In this document: one piece after another, positions 19,001 to 27,844 of the stretch
How positions within the stretch are numbered: position 1 is the first letter of the stretch
Layout of the letters: each line of letters starts with the position of its first letter
From: a virus
Taxonomy: Duplodnaviria; Caudoviricetes
DNA length: 52,252 nt
IMG/VR virus record: IMGVR_UViG_3300045918_000152
Coordinates: 1 to 52,252 of that record
Strand: one strand, 5' to 3'
Made by a program: the position numbers and the translations under genes
The notes under the pieces: generated by a model
What the model was told of the DNA's origin: nothing
The model's input: only the letters and a program-made list of their open reading frames with translations
The model's database searches: none

Positions 19001-20509
19001 ACGTGCGACAGCGCTAAAGTTCTCCCATTGTTCTTTGTTCGTAGCATAACGCTCAAACAGTAGTCGGAGATTTTCAACAACAACGCTTTGGTTATTTACA
19101 CCAATCTTGTCTTCAAGAGATTCGGCGAAAGATTCAATAAACTTCTTTTGGTCTTGTGAAAGGACCTTTGAGTTCTTCATGAAGTCGATACGTTCCTGAT
19201 ACACAGAAAAATCGGGATCATAAAGAAGGGTTGATTTTTGTTCACCAGTAAAAGGATCAAATTGTTGGTTACGCTCATCAAATACGTTATTAGCGCGTAG
19301 ACGAACTGAACGCTTACCAGGGAGACTTGTACCACGGAAGTCTGTAAGAGACATTGCCTGGTTCATCGATTCAGCATCACTGATATACATATCTCGTAGC
19401 TGGTTTTGTATACTCGTAGAGCGCATGATGTCGTAGGGCCTAGATGCCTCCACAATCAGCTCTGCTGCGTTGGCCTTACTGAATGCCCCCTGGAGTGTGG
19501 GGAAGATGCTTGTGCGGGCGTTGTCAAGACGTCTAAGGCGTTCAATACCAATGGCGTCACCGATACTAGTAAAGAATTCCTTGATATCAAGAAGACCCTG
19601 CTCAAACAATCCAACCTTCTCTTCAGTTCCGAGATGGGATACTTTAACATCCATCGGCTGTCTACGAAGCCATCCTGTGTAATTCTCCGCAGCGGGTGCT
19701 GTACCATCAAGAACCTTAGGATCAAGTGATGTGAATCCTAGTTTGAACCTAGAATTCTTCTGCATCTGGGATTTGCTCTTCAGCACAGGAACCATACACG
19801 AACGGCAATTCCAATGGAGAGGGGGGCGATACCTAGTATCACCTAACTCATACACTTCACCATCATGCCTTGAGCAAACCTCACTAGTGCGAGAGTCAAG
19901 TACAGCAGTAAAGCGATACCCGAAGACAATATCCTTGTTGGCATTCATCACCTTATCAAGGGACGATGAGCTAACATTCGTGAGGGAAGTTCTTACAAGA
20001 GCCTTGATCTGATGTTGCGTAACCGAGACAGATTGCGCTACATCAGCAATGATATCCTTCTGGGATTTCTTTGCAGCAGCACCTCTTGCGAGAACACCAC
20101 GAATTCGGATGAGTTCTCCAGTACCAATCCGATTGAATTGTTCTCGTAATGGCCTTCCGAGTCCAATATTAGGACCCACAAGATCAGACGCAATGTCTGC
20201 ACCACGAGGTGGCATATTTACTTTGAAGAAACTTCCTGCAGCCTTCTCGAGGTTATTCGCATGAAAGGTAATAGAGGCATCACTAAAATCATTAATAGCA
20301 CCACGACTATTGCTATGAAGTTCAGTCATCGCCCTCTTAATCTCTTCAGAGGTATCCGCCCTAAGATTCCTATTGAGGATATCCCTAAGTCTCTTTTGAT
20401 GTCTACGCACACTACGATCATTGTTGATGTGCGTTTCCATCTCATAGAGGCGTACGTCAGCAAGATGCTGCACGACTCGATCGTACAAGTCTTGATTTAT
20501 ACCTGACAT
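16088..20509 (-). CDS. MuF (SPP1 gp7-like) head morphogenesis domain fused to a T7-type single-subunit DNA-directed RNA polymerase
   Basis: N-terminal MuF motifs YRFTAVLDSRTSEVC and PPLHWNCRS (about aa 197-237). C-terminal RNAP motifs: DGRGRVY (about aa 927), motif A ENDASSSGAQ (D1070), motif B K1138-x7-Y1146-G, NGNHMNDAS, motif C IHDAF (D1388). One uninterrupted ORF with an AGGAG RBS. Confidence 0.9.
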   Translation of the reverse strand: MSGINQDLYDRVVQHLADVRLYEMETHINNDRSVRRHQKRLRDILNRNLRADTSEEIKRAMTELHSNSRGAINDFSDASITFHANNLEKAAGSFFKVNMPPRGADIASDLVGPNIGLGRPLREQFNRIGTGELIRIRGVLARGAAAKKSQKDIIADVAQSVSVTQHQIKALVRTSLTNVSSSSLDKVMNANKDIVFGYRFTAVLDSRTSEVCSRHDGEVYELGDTRYRPPLHWNCRSCMVPVLKSKSQMQKNSRFKLGFTSLDPKVLDGTAPAAENYTGWLRRQPMDVKVSHLGTEEKVGLFEQGLLDIKEFFTSIGDAIGIERLRRLDNARTSIFPTLQGAFSKANAAELIVEASRPYDIMRSTSIQNQLRDMYISDAESMNQAMSLTDFRGTSLPGKRSVRLRANNVFDERNQQFDPFTGEQKSTLLYDPDFSVYQERIDFMKNSKVLSQDQKKFIESFAESLEDKIGVNNQSVVVENLRLLFERYATNKEQWENFSAVARKEAQFSVVNVSRILDRRSRERAELFGSYGSGEDAKVSILGKYFRFQDIADNLLDNQRYSAAWAEKYGRSTAQDSYLSGRAPLKAYFTDPDKTKLPITKKEILKRVDKFVSGEAKKVPGGSRLLNFIKGVPNESLIDEFMRGQREGFRSIIDMEINFLSSKRSYKDKLLTSALDNEKAVGVIARAMKVVASGFATDYDSIAIDIGKSLRDNWQPTFPWHKPTLQDFHADGSRILEGLRKQGKIRVLSRGKTRRAAIDLETGRPSGEWRDTVSREVTILDPDMLELQSRNRQVLIAQRIGVVSDRDKLYVIPGKKTYFDARGNDTKIAIITRRASENYDKILVDNDFADMLNHAMSVKYEIDDEFAGFMDEVVRFRDPRGNTKKWDELNDFRKLIIQRGDQGYGLMQTIKWHRQRGVPFTNLAQIDGRGRVYYQGYLSPTGGEVVRPFLNSAVSRQFGPAELRELMVQTGSLIGPATEALTQAGRLQIFADNESKIRSLGELLMAKTQKDQKIRDFLEHPLVRAMEAEEVPKITRLALEYARAHKYTRGRFNIAGAFDGFESKLMIENDASSSGAQIIGLSTRDRSIAVNSNVLATTRKNRLYDLVAMDTVADPEFQAIQALRDANISWTDLQKAAKAQNMVSFYGAGKATQAANIESKFASVLEKKGYTVVTREDARGIYNIIDRSIKDANYIGADNVVTGLKNLKSEIADVINGEVPVGRELLRDAAGLHPDVDTFVERLSNVRVGIVGPEDFKKVSEIMSRHLAERAPVTQKFVKFWNAAAKAYVEETQAVDIPWVTFDGKTLFQRYRPKIQTSIEFFDPESKRMVRNIYEDAAKDATLLGKASISRARIGMGVNGNHMNDASIVRQFLLWGRKNNIPTATIHDAFFTNIGDVSKAKDALREIYADAVESETILNTLKKMRELGLSDESYRALVEQARNDGLIDPPNAITREDILKKIPPGWDWYGIGP

Positions 20510-20529
20510 ACACTCTCCTAATTATCTAT

Positions 20530-20772
20530 TTAACCAACTTTCCAGGCGGTCCCGTCAGAGAATACTGGCATGGTGACTGCGCCAGTACCGGCAACAGTAG
20601 CACCGAAGGTAGGTGTGAGGGCATCACTAACCATCATTCTCCAGCCCTTGTTTGCGGCTGAAGCGGCAGGGAGTAATGCAACTGTGGTACATACGGTCAA
20701 TTCAGCGAAATTCGCGTTCATGATACGCATTGTTTCTTTCTCGTTAGTACGAGCGAGTGCGCTGAGGTCCAT
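20530..20772 (-). CDS. Small virion (head decoration/fibre-like) protein
   Basis: N-terminal EKETMRIMNANF shared with 27845..28939 and 31063..32514; C-terminal PVFSDGTAW. Confidence 0.6.
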   Translation of the reverse strand: MDLSALARTNEKETMRIMNANFAELTVCTTVALLPAASAANKGWRMMVSDALTPTFGATVAGTGAVTMPVFSDGTAWKVG

Positions 20773-20782
20773 TTTTTAATCC

Positions 20783-22237
20783 TTAATCAAAGTGTGAGTT
20801 AAAACCAACTACAAAAGCTAATACCTGAGAGACTGTAGCTGTTCCAATAAGAGGCTTGGCCAATAAAGCAATGAATTCGCCAGGAGCTACAATAATAGGA
20901 GCCTCAAAATCAAATGATATTGGGACAGATGTCGCTCCAATAGCTGTTCCTACAGGCAAGGAGATAATACCAACAGGTAACCTTCTAGGTGCTTTAGTTG
21001 TAGCTGTAGCAAATGAGGCTGATTCTGCTGTAGCCAGAGAAACGGCAGTGTGACCAAAAGCAATTGCAATTGCAAGAGTGGTTCCCGTAACTGCAACTGC
21101 TGCTCCAAGGTTGGCGCAGTGAACTACAATTCCGCGAATAATCAAATTGCGTTGTGTGATATTAACAGTACCTACTGGATTCTGATAGCTGCTAATAATC
21201 AGATCAGTAGTTCCTGTTGCAGGAGCATTAAGCTGAAAAATACCACCAAGACCAGTTCCTAGGGCGGCTGTTGTGTTGGTTCCTGCAGCAGCAGTAGGAA
21301 GTGTCGCATTTGCCCACTGAGCCGTTTGGCCCATAGTACTTCCGTTTTGGGCTTGAGCGCCTATTAGCCCCATTCCTGCCATTTGGCTAGCGTAAGGCCT
21401 GTTAAAAGCAAGGTCATTAGTTAACACGTTTACACTTGTTAGCTTTGCTTGCATAACAGGAGCGCCCGAAACAGTACCCGAATTTCTGAATTGAATACTG
21501 TACGGTAATGCTATAGACATAAAGGGCTGGCCATTACCGGCTGCTCTATTTAAGCTACCAAGGTAATTTCCATCAAACCAAAATTCAATTGTGGCTTCTG
21601 AGACATAGAAAGAAAACTTGTATACAACTCCCGCCGAAATTTGTACTGCAGTTCTCAATGCAGCAGTAGAATTTTCAACTCCGTTAAACGTTGAAATACC
21701 AAACAAACCTGCGCTGGAAAATCTGAAGAAGACGCCATCAAGGGGTGCCACAATTCCGGTATTATGCTGAAAGCTACCAAATTCAATCACTTGATTAGCT
21801 AATGGCTGCGCTGTAATTGCAAGTGTAGTTTCAAAATAAATTGTTGCTGAACTAGACACTCTAAATGATCTTACTGTAGATAGCTGACAGCCAGTACTAG
21901 TAGTAAGGGTGGATGTGCTATTAAGGAGAATACTTCCACTACCCATTGTACTTGTCAGGGTAGCAAAAACATATTTCCAGAGGGAAGTGTTTTGAGCGGT
22001 ACCGTTAAAAGCATCAGAAAATAGCAAGCTATCTATACCCGTCTTAAGTCTGCTATCAACCGAAGTGTCGGGGCTTTTTAGGTAAGGAACTCCTGTAATA
22101 ACTCCCGCATCATTCTCAGACATCATCCTCACTGCGCCAACACTAGCGGGGATATTTGATAATGCTACATTTAAGTTGTAATTCGAGTCTACGTTTGCCA
22201 AACCAGCGGTACTACCGCCTGTATTAATTGATGCCAT
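20783..22237 (-). CDS. Putative virion structural/fibre protein
   Basis: 484 aa, T/A/S/G-rich and beta-rich; lies between the portal and head genes. Confidence 0.55.
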   Translation of the reverse strand: MASINTGGSTAGLANVDSNYNLNVALSNIPASVGAVRMMSENDAGVITGVPYLKSPDTSVDSRLKTGIDSLLFSDAFNGTAQNTSLWKYVFATLTSTMGSGSILLNSTSTLTTSTGCQLSTVRSFRVSSSATIYFETTLAITAQPLANQVIEFGSFQHNTGIVAPLDGVFFRFSSAGLFGISTFNGVENSTAALRTAVQISAGVVYKFSFYVSEATIEFWFDGNYLGSLNRAAGNGQPFMSIALPYSIQFRNSGTVSGAPVMQAKLTSVNVLTNDLAFNRPYASQMAGMGLIGAQAQNGSTMGQTAQWANATLPTAAAGTNTTAALGTGLGGIFQLNAPATGTTDLIISSYQNPVGTVNITQRNLIIRGIVVHCANLGAAVAVTGTTLAIAIAFGHTAVSLATAESASFATATTKAPRRLPVGIISLPVGTAIGATSVPISFDFEAPIIVAPGEFIALLAKPLIGTATVSQVLAFVVGFNSHFD

Positions 22238-22672
22238 TTATACCACCTGATAAAGAATATTTCGAGTACCCTCAACAGGGCTATTTGAACTAGCGTACAC
22301 AGTAAAATTGCCTGTGCCAGCTTTTGCAGCAAAGTTAATTAGATCCCACTCCCAATCGTCAGAGAATCTTCCCGATGGAGGATTTCCTGAAGGTGCCACT
22401 ATAATCTTTTGGCTAGAATTAACACTTGCATCAGTAATGACAAATGATTTGCTTGTAGTTGGTTTTGTGCCAAAATTAACTGTTACTTCCGTCCATGTGC
22501 TACTTCCTCCGCCACCGCCAGTAGTGTCAACAGCATTCCAGGTAGTACCATTCCACCTAACAAGCTTTGACAATACAGTGCTGTAAGCAAGGCATCTGTA
22601 GCCAGGATTAGGCGATGTGTCACCTTCAGCAACTGCTAAATCTGGTACTCCAAGAAATGATAATGATTTCAT
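22238..22672 (-). CDS. Putative fibre-associated protein
   Basis: 144 aa; WNGTTW motif, poly-Gly linker and beta-rich C-terminus. Confidence 0.55.
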   Translation of the reverse strand: MKSLSFLGVPDLAVAEGDTSPNPGYRCLAYSTVLSKLVRWNGTTWNAVDTTGGGGGSSTWTEVTVNFGTKPTTSKSFVITDASVNSSQKIIVAPSGNPPSGRFSDDWEWDLINFAAKAGTGNFTVYASSNSPVEGTRNILYQVV

Positions 22673-23658
22673 TATCCAAGCACCACAACTCTAAGACTAT
22701 TGGTTGCCGGAGCTGCAGCAAAAGTAAATGTTGTTTGAGTAGTACTAGTATTAACTACATCACACCCAACTTCTGCATTAGTAGACGCATCTCTAATAGC
22801 AGAAATTACATCTTGTGTTCCCAAGTTATGAGTAACAGTAATGCTTGTCGATGAGCTATCACCAATAGTTACTGCATACTTTCTAGTTACAACTGCAGGA
22901 TCAATTGCGATACTATTACCGGTAATTGTAATACCAGAGCCCTGTACATAAGCACTTCCCGCGCCAAATTGCGTGAATACAATGTTCGTAGAGCCAATTG
23001 TAATAGTGCCGGTAGTGCTAAGACGCCACTGCGTACCAGCATTAGTCGAGCCTTCTTCTACCATAACAGCAGTATTAGTGGTCAGCTCGATATTAGCATC
23101 TGCATCAATTGTTCTAGACCAAGCGCCCGCGGATGCTAAGTACAGACCATTTTGAGTTTGTGTAGTTTGATTTTTAACTAAAACTCTGTCATTAGCAACA
23201 GGAGTGACACCATCAATCGCAGCTAATCCAGTAAGGGTAGCAATATTTGCTGTTGTTGCGATTCTAACAGAATTCTTCCAATCCGTACCATTTGCAATAC
23301 CTAACAGCTGGCCATAAGTGGCGGCATCTTGATTACCAGTGCCATCAAGCAAGTTAGTAATCTTTTGGCTATTCAGCGATACGCTAGCGGTAGGAGCAGC
23401 TAACTGATCAAGTCGGCTAACTCTGACTTGCGTATCAAAATCGCTAATCGTACTTGCTGTTTGAGTTCCTGTATGATTGGCTCTTGCTGTAGGGTCGATA
23501 TTGCTGGCCGAGCCCCTGAATTCTATTCTGTTAGTTGATGTGTTAAACCACATTTGGCCAACTACTGGCGATCCAGGAACTCCAGCAATATTTTGAATTC
23601 TAGCGTTTAGTAATTCATTCTGATTTAAATCAACTGAATTTAAATATTTCTTTGACAT
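22672..23658 (-). CDS. Fibre/decoration protein
   Basis: QDAAT, WKNSVRIATTANI...IDGV...DRVLVKNQT..QNGLY...WSR..DAD and THNLGT motifs common in phage fibre proteins. Confidence 0.7.
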   Translation of the reverse strand: MSKKYLNSVDLNQNELLNARIQNIAGVPGSPVVGQMWFNTSTNRIEFRGSASNIDPTARANHTGTQTASTISDFDTQVRVSRLDQLAAPTASVSLNSQKITNLLDGTGNQDAATYGQLLGIANGTDWKNSVRIATTANIATLTGLAAIDGVTPVANDRVLVKNQTTQTQNGLYLASAGAWSRTIDADANIELTTNTAVMVEEGSTNAGTQWRLSTTGTITIGSTNIVFTQFGAGSAYVQGSGITITGNSIAIDPAVVTRKYAVTIGDSSSTSITVTHNLGTQDVISAIRDASTNAEVGCDVVNTSTTQTTFTFAAAPATNSLRVVVLG

Positions 23659-23670
23659 TTACAATGCTCC

Positions 23671-24024
23671 TTAGTTAAGGTAGGCTACTCCTGAAAAAGC
23701 AGCACTAAAAATTAGTGTTAGTTGATTTACAGTATTATACACCAAATCACCTTCAACAGAATCATTTGCACTGTCTTGAATAGTTACACTAGGGTATTTA
23801 CTTAGGTTATGATTAATAACCCAATTACTAGAAGGCACGGCTTGTATATGCCTATACGAAAGATCGCCACTTCCACCAGCACTACCTATTGCGGTAGCAC
23901 TTGTAGTAATTATTTCAGAAAGAGAGTTAGTTGAAACAGCAGTAACAGGGCCAGAATTAAAAGAGATATTGGTAGTTGGTACCGCAGCATTAATCTTTAC
24001 TTCTGTGACAATTGTATTAGGCAT
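23671..24024 (-). CDS. Putative fibre-associated protein
   Basis: WVINHNLSKYPSV...FSGVAYLN module typical of phage fibre accessory proteins. Confidence 0.6.
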   Translation of the reverse strand: MPNTIVTEVKINAAVPTTNISFNSGPVTAVSTNSLSEIITTSATAIGSAGGSGDLSYRHIQAVPSSNWVINHNLSKYPSVTIQDSANDSVEGDLVYNTVNQLTLIFSAAFSGVAYLN

Positions 24025-24025
24025 C

Positions 24026-24337
24026 TCACACTATGCCCTTCTTGCAGTCTATAGTCATGGTCTCAGTACTAAACTTAACACCAGTATCCGTAGTGTAGCG
24101 AATATCCCAGCTAAGCTGACCTGTTGGCCAATCTGCTTCTGCGTAACCTGTTGCAGGTTTAAGCTGATAAGTTCCTAAAGAATCTGATCTATTAAACACT
24201 TCAAGCACTGCAACAACAACACCCTGGCTATTACGAATTTTGCTTTCAATTCCCCAGCCAGTAATTACTTGTGGTGTTAAGTTAATAACTACAGCAAGCG
24301 CAGGCTGAAAGGAATCACCCTTTTTAAACTCTATCAT
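24026..24337 (-). CDS. Small structural protein (BppU N-terminal-like adaptor)
   Basis: 103 aa; KKGDSF...WDIRYT pattern; ATGA-coupled to the portal. Confidence 0.5.
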   Translation of the reverse strand: MIEFKKGDSFQPALAVVINLTPQVITGWGIESKIRNSQGVVVAVLEVFNRSDSLGTYQLKPATGYAEADWPTGQLSWDIRYTTDTGVKFSTETMTIDCKKGIV

Positions 24338-25929
24338 GCGCCTACTCCATTAATAGCAATTTTTGTGGGTGTAAGATCGATCAATGGATCTGTCTGAATT
24401 TCAGAGATACCTTCCTTGTCATCATAATCAGTAGGAAGAATATCATTTTGCTGAGCAATACTGATAAAAACACTCCGAGGGATCTTACCTGATTCGTACC
24501 ATTCAGTAACGAGGCGCATCCAATCAGCACCAATAGGGACAGGGTTGAAGTCCTGGCTTAGCATGAAGTCGATATCGCCTGTGTTTACCTCGATATCATA
24601 CTTCCAAAAGATCATCACTTGGAGCACCTTCTCAAGTACTTTGCTGATCTTAACGTTAAGAAGACCAAGTTGAGCTGTTTGTGCAGCATTCCGAATTTCA
24701 AGGCTAACCCCAGATTCTGCACCACTACCCTCAGGACTAAGCATTCGAATACCCATCCTGGACATTTCTTCAATGGCAGAGGCGATAGCTTTCTCCATAT
24801 CCTGAAGAGCTGCTGTAGGAGTTTCTAGAGCAGTTACCGTCTCGCCCTTCTGCACGTGAATCCAGCTGCCAAGACCACTCTCAACAATAGATTCGAAATT
24901 AGCATCAGTCATGTCGCTAGAAACCACAGGGGTATACGTAGCAGCGCCATAAAGAAGGTGATTCCGACGGGAAATCTTGTTGTAGAGAGCACACTCGCGA
25001 TCCACAAGAGCCTGCAGAATTGGCTCCTTGACATCAACATCGCCATTCATTGGATACGCAGGGATAAAGTCAAGACGCTTCCCGTGAGCCATTGGGAATA
25101 TTGGAGCGCCGTCTTCCCTCCACCCCTGTGTATTAGAATCCGTGTTTGGATTCATCACACCAACGTTTACACTGATTGTCTCGTTAGTATCCCGAATATG
25201 CTTCTGAATTACAAGAAATCCAGTTTCATCTAGAAAGTAATCGTACACTGTATCAACATAAGAAGGATGATGTGCATTAGCTTCATACGTTTCAGTATAC
25301 ATCCGAACAGTAAACTTTGTAAGTTGCTGCTTTCCAGTGTTTCCTGATTTACCCTTGCGCCAATTGATTACTTGTTCACCACGATAAAGGACACAGTAAG
25401 GACTGAGATCTTTACGTTCTTCCGCAGTAAGTGCTTCAAATTCTGCATCAGTAAGTGACGGGTGGTCTACTACAATCCAAGCGCGACTAATACTAAGCTC
25501 ATCCCAGAGAGCCTGGTCAAGAAAACTAACCATTGATTGGCTTTCAGCACCAAACTCAGTCTCAAGCCATTCCTTTGCATCCGTAGGGACACTTGGAGGA
25601 ATTGTAAATTGGGGGTGCTTTCGTAGAAGTCCGCCTACAAGAATCTTAGCGTATTGTGCAACAAGGCCAGGGAGTTCTGCCTCTGACTTATAGAATTCAT
25701 ATTGCTCAGGTTTCATGAATGGCGAGAATGGAATAAGAATATTCTTTCTGCAATTCACAGTAGAATCGTATGCCTTGGCTGTTTTCTCGCCACCAAGAAT
25801 AGCTCTCGCACGAGCCCAGGTGTCTTTCATACTGAGGTACGCTGCGCAGGGATCACCCACTGTTTTTGGGGTGGCCTTGCTTTCTGTCGCGGTATTGGCC
25901 GTACTACCAATAACAATAGGTGATGTCAT
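24334..25929 (-). CDS. Portal protein (DUF4055-like)
   Basis: 531 aa; AELPG...VGGLLRK, LYNKISRRNHLLYGAATYTP, ESGVSLEIRNAAQTA; size and position fit a siphovirus portal. Confidence 0.85.
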   Translation of the reverse strand: MTSPIVIGSTANTATESKATPKTVGDPCAAYLSMKDTWARARAILGGEKTAKAYDSTVNCRKNILIPFSPFMKPEQYEFYKSEAELPGLVAQYAKILVGGLLRKHPQFTIPPSVPTDAKEWLETEFGAESQSMVSFLDQALWDELSISRAWIVVDHPSLTDAEFEALTAEERKDLSPYCVLYRGEQVINWRKGKSGNTGKQQLTKFTVRMYTETYEANAHHPSYVDTVYDYFLDETGFLVIQKHIRDTNETISVNVGVMNPNTDSNTQGWREDGAPIFPMAHGKRLDFIPAYPMNGDVDVKEPILQALVDRECALYNKISRRNHLLYGAATYTPVVSSDMTDANFESIVESGLGSWIHVQKGETVTALETPTAALQDMEKAIASAIEEMSRMGIRMLSPEGSGAESGVSLEIRNAAQTAQLGLLNVKISKVLEKVLQVMIFWKYDIEVNTGDIDFMLSQDFNPVPIGADWMRLVTEWYESGKIPRSVFISIAQQNDILPTDYDDKEGISEIQTDPLIDLTPTKIAINGVGA

Positions 25930-25935
25930 ATCTTG

Positions 25936-26520
25936 TTACTTTCTAGGAATTTGAATTGCAGGAGGAATTGCAGGATCTGCTTGCATCTTTCCCCTAAAGT
26001 AGCTAGCAATACCAAGGATAGGTAGCGTGGTGGTATTCAAAGCTGCCAGCGCCCCAAGAATTGTAGGGAGATTCGCCGTAGCAGTAGCAGATACAGCAAC
26101 ACCAAACATCGTAGGAACAAACACCATAAGGACAAGCAAGCTACTCGCTAGGATATTCACTCCGACACTAAATCCAATGAAGGGCCTCCACGAGTATGTC
26201 TGCCAATGCTCACTAGAAGCCTCAGCCTGCATAGTCTTGTTGACTTCTACAGCAGATTCTTTTGTTGCATTAATCTCAGCAATAGCAAGAGAAGTAGCAA
26301 TTTCTTCAAGCTTAGCCTTGTTGTTAAGTTCTAATTCCTTGAGCTTAAGGTAAGCGTCAGGGTTATTCGCAATGGCTGCGCTAACACCCTCAGGAGTGTT
26401 CTCACTGCCAAGGGCGCTTGCAATCATTCCGCCAATCAGTGCACCAGGAGGGCCTCCAATAAGAGTGCCTAGGAGTGGTGCTCCCTTGCCTACAATAGAG
26501 GCGATGTCTTTCCAATCCAT
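25936..26520 (-). CDS. Holin-like membrane protein (GTA 3TM holin type)
   Basis: APLLGTLIGGPPGALIG N-terminus, SWRPFIG motif and two hydrophobic segments. Confidence 0.7.
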   Translation of the reverse strand: MDWKDIASIVGKGAPLLGTLIGGPPGALIGGMIASALGSENTPEGVSAAIANNPDAYLKLKELELNNKAKLEEIATSLAIAEINATKESAVEVNKTMQAEASSEHWQTYSWRPFIGFSVGVNILASSLLVLMVFVPTMFGVAVSATATANLPTILGALAALNTTTLPILGIASYFRGKMQADPAIPPAIQIPRK

Positions 26521-26532
26521 AGCTAATCCTAT

Positions 26533-27843
26533 CTATGCTAAAATGATAAATGATCGGAGGTCTACCTCACGAATACCATAGTTATTTGTGTCTGCCTTAT
26601 CCTTGACAGAATTCATCAGAGAATTCAAATGAATAGCCTGACCAGATACCAATCCGCCAATACCAGAGTAACCAAACTGTGTAATCAACACCGTATCATT
26701 GTTAACCCTACAGAACGTCGGAGCACCCGAATTTCCACCATCAGTGTTCATCCAACCGCCACCTGCAGTAAACACAGTATCACCTACAGTAAGTGTATCA
26801 ATAAATTTGTAGGTGTAGGTAGCTAACTGACACAGGCCCTGCACAAGCGGTCCTGAAGCGGACATAGCAACTTCCCCAAAGCATACGCCTTGGATTTGTA
26901 TGTTAGGCCCTGCAACAGGAGACAAGTAGAATAATCTCAATGGAGGAGTTCTGGTATTTCCGGCTGAGAATCCAAACGAGCCAGCCAGATGTGGCATGTA
27001 CTTAGTATAATTATCAGGGAAAATTGATGCGGGGGTCACAGCAGCAGGCATGGCTGCGTCAAGGTAGCTAATCATAGTATCCATTAATACACTGGATACA
27101 ACAGTCTTAGTTACGGTAGCTGTATACACAAGACCATCTGCGCCTACAAATGCATATTTGCTACCTACACCAGCACCTACGTGGTTTGCCGATATAAGGT
27201 GGCGAGGGCTGATTAGTGTAGCCTGATAGAGACCATCCGCCCGGCCTAATTTAGCAGCACTAAAGCAAGTAAGATTAGTATTGCCTGCGAGCACGCAAGT
27301 AGGACTGCGAGTTGCAACAAGAGCATTAACGTTGAAGTTATTTGCACTCCAGATATTGCCAAGGCCAGTTGTCTTCACAGCTCCATCGAATGCCGCTGCA
27401 GCATTTGCGGAAATGTGTGCTGCGAGAGTTCCAGGTTTAAATGTTAATGGTTCAACAAACCATCTCCCATCACAGGAAAATACTGCTGGCCATGAGAATA
27501 CTTCACCTGTAGACATCGTTGCGGTTATGTTAGCGGTACCCATAAATACCCCTCGTGGGAGGATATCCGTTCCTGATACATAAAGGTTTGCCTCAGGGAG
27601 TCCTGTTGAGGTATTTCTTACAGATATAGTGTAATCACTACGACCTGTCGATGTAAGACGCCACGCAATAGCCACCGGGGGAGTGCATACTGTATTATAG
27701 CCAGTAGCAATTTCTGAATTGTTATAGCTAGTGTTAGTAATACCAGATGTAAGGGGTAGTCTCGTAAGAGTAAACGAAGGATATTGGCTTGACTGCGGCC
27801 CCTTTATGTAGGTACCATTTGCAGAATATGATCCTACAATCAT
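26533..27843 (-). CDS. Putative virion protein with a trypsin-like serine protease domain
   Basis: ATLISPRHLISANH (His), MDTMISYL (Asp) and GGNSGAP (Ser) in trypsin-fold order, after a T/S-rich N-terminus. Confidence 0.6.
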   Translation of the reverse strand: MIVGSYSANGTYIKGPQSSQYPSFTLTRLPLTSGITNTSYNNSEIATGYNTVCTPPVAIAWRLTSTGRSDYTISVRNTSTGLPEANLYVSGTDILPRGVFMGTANITATMSTGEVFSWPAVFSCDGRWFVEPLTFKPGTLAAHISANAAAAFDGAVKTTGLGNIWSANNFNVNALVATRSPTCVLAGNTNLTCFSAAKLGRADGLYQATLISPRHLISANHVGAGVGSKYAFVGADGLVYTATVTKTVVSSVLMDTMISYLDAAMPAAVTPASIFPDNYTKYMPHLAGSFGFSAGNTRTPPLRLFYLSPVAGPNIQIQGVCFGEVAMSASGPLVQGLCQLATYTYKFIDTLTVGDTVFTAGGGWMNTDGGNSGAPTFCRVNNDTVLITQFGYSGIGGLVSGQAIHLNSLMNSVKDKADTNNYGIREVDLRSFIILA

Positions 27844-27844
27844 G

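Noticed and set aside
16088-20509. Alternative reading of the polymerase domain as a family A DNA polymerase, or as an intein/intron-containing gene
   Set aside because: DxxGR, D-A-S-S-S-G-A-Q, N-x-x-H-x-x-D and IHDAF match T7-type RNAP rather than PolA; no intein splice motifs or LAGLIDADG motif were recognised.
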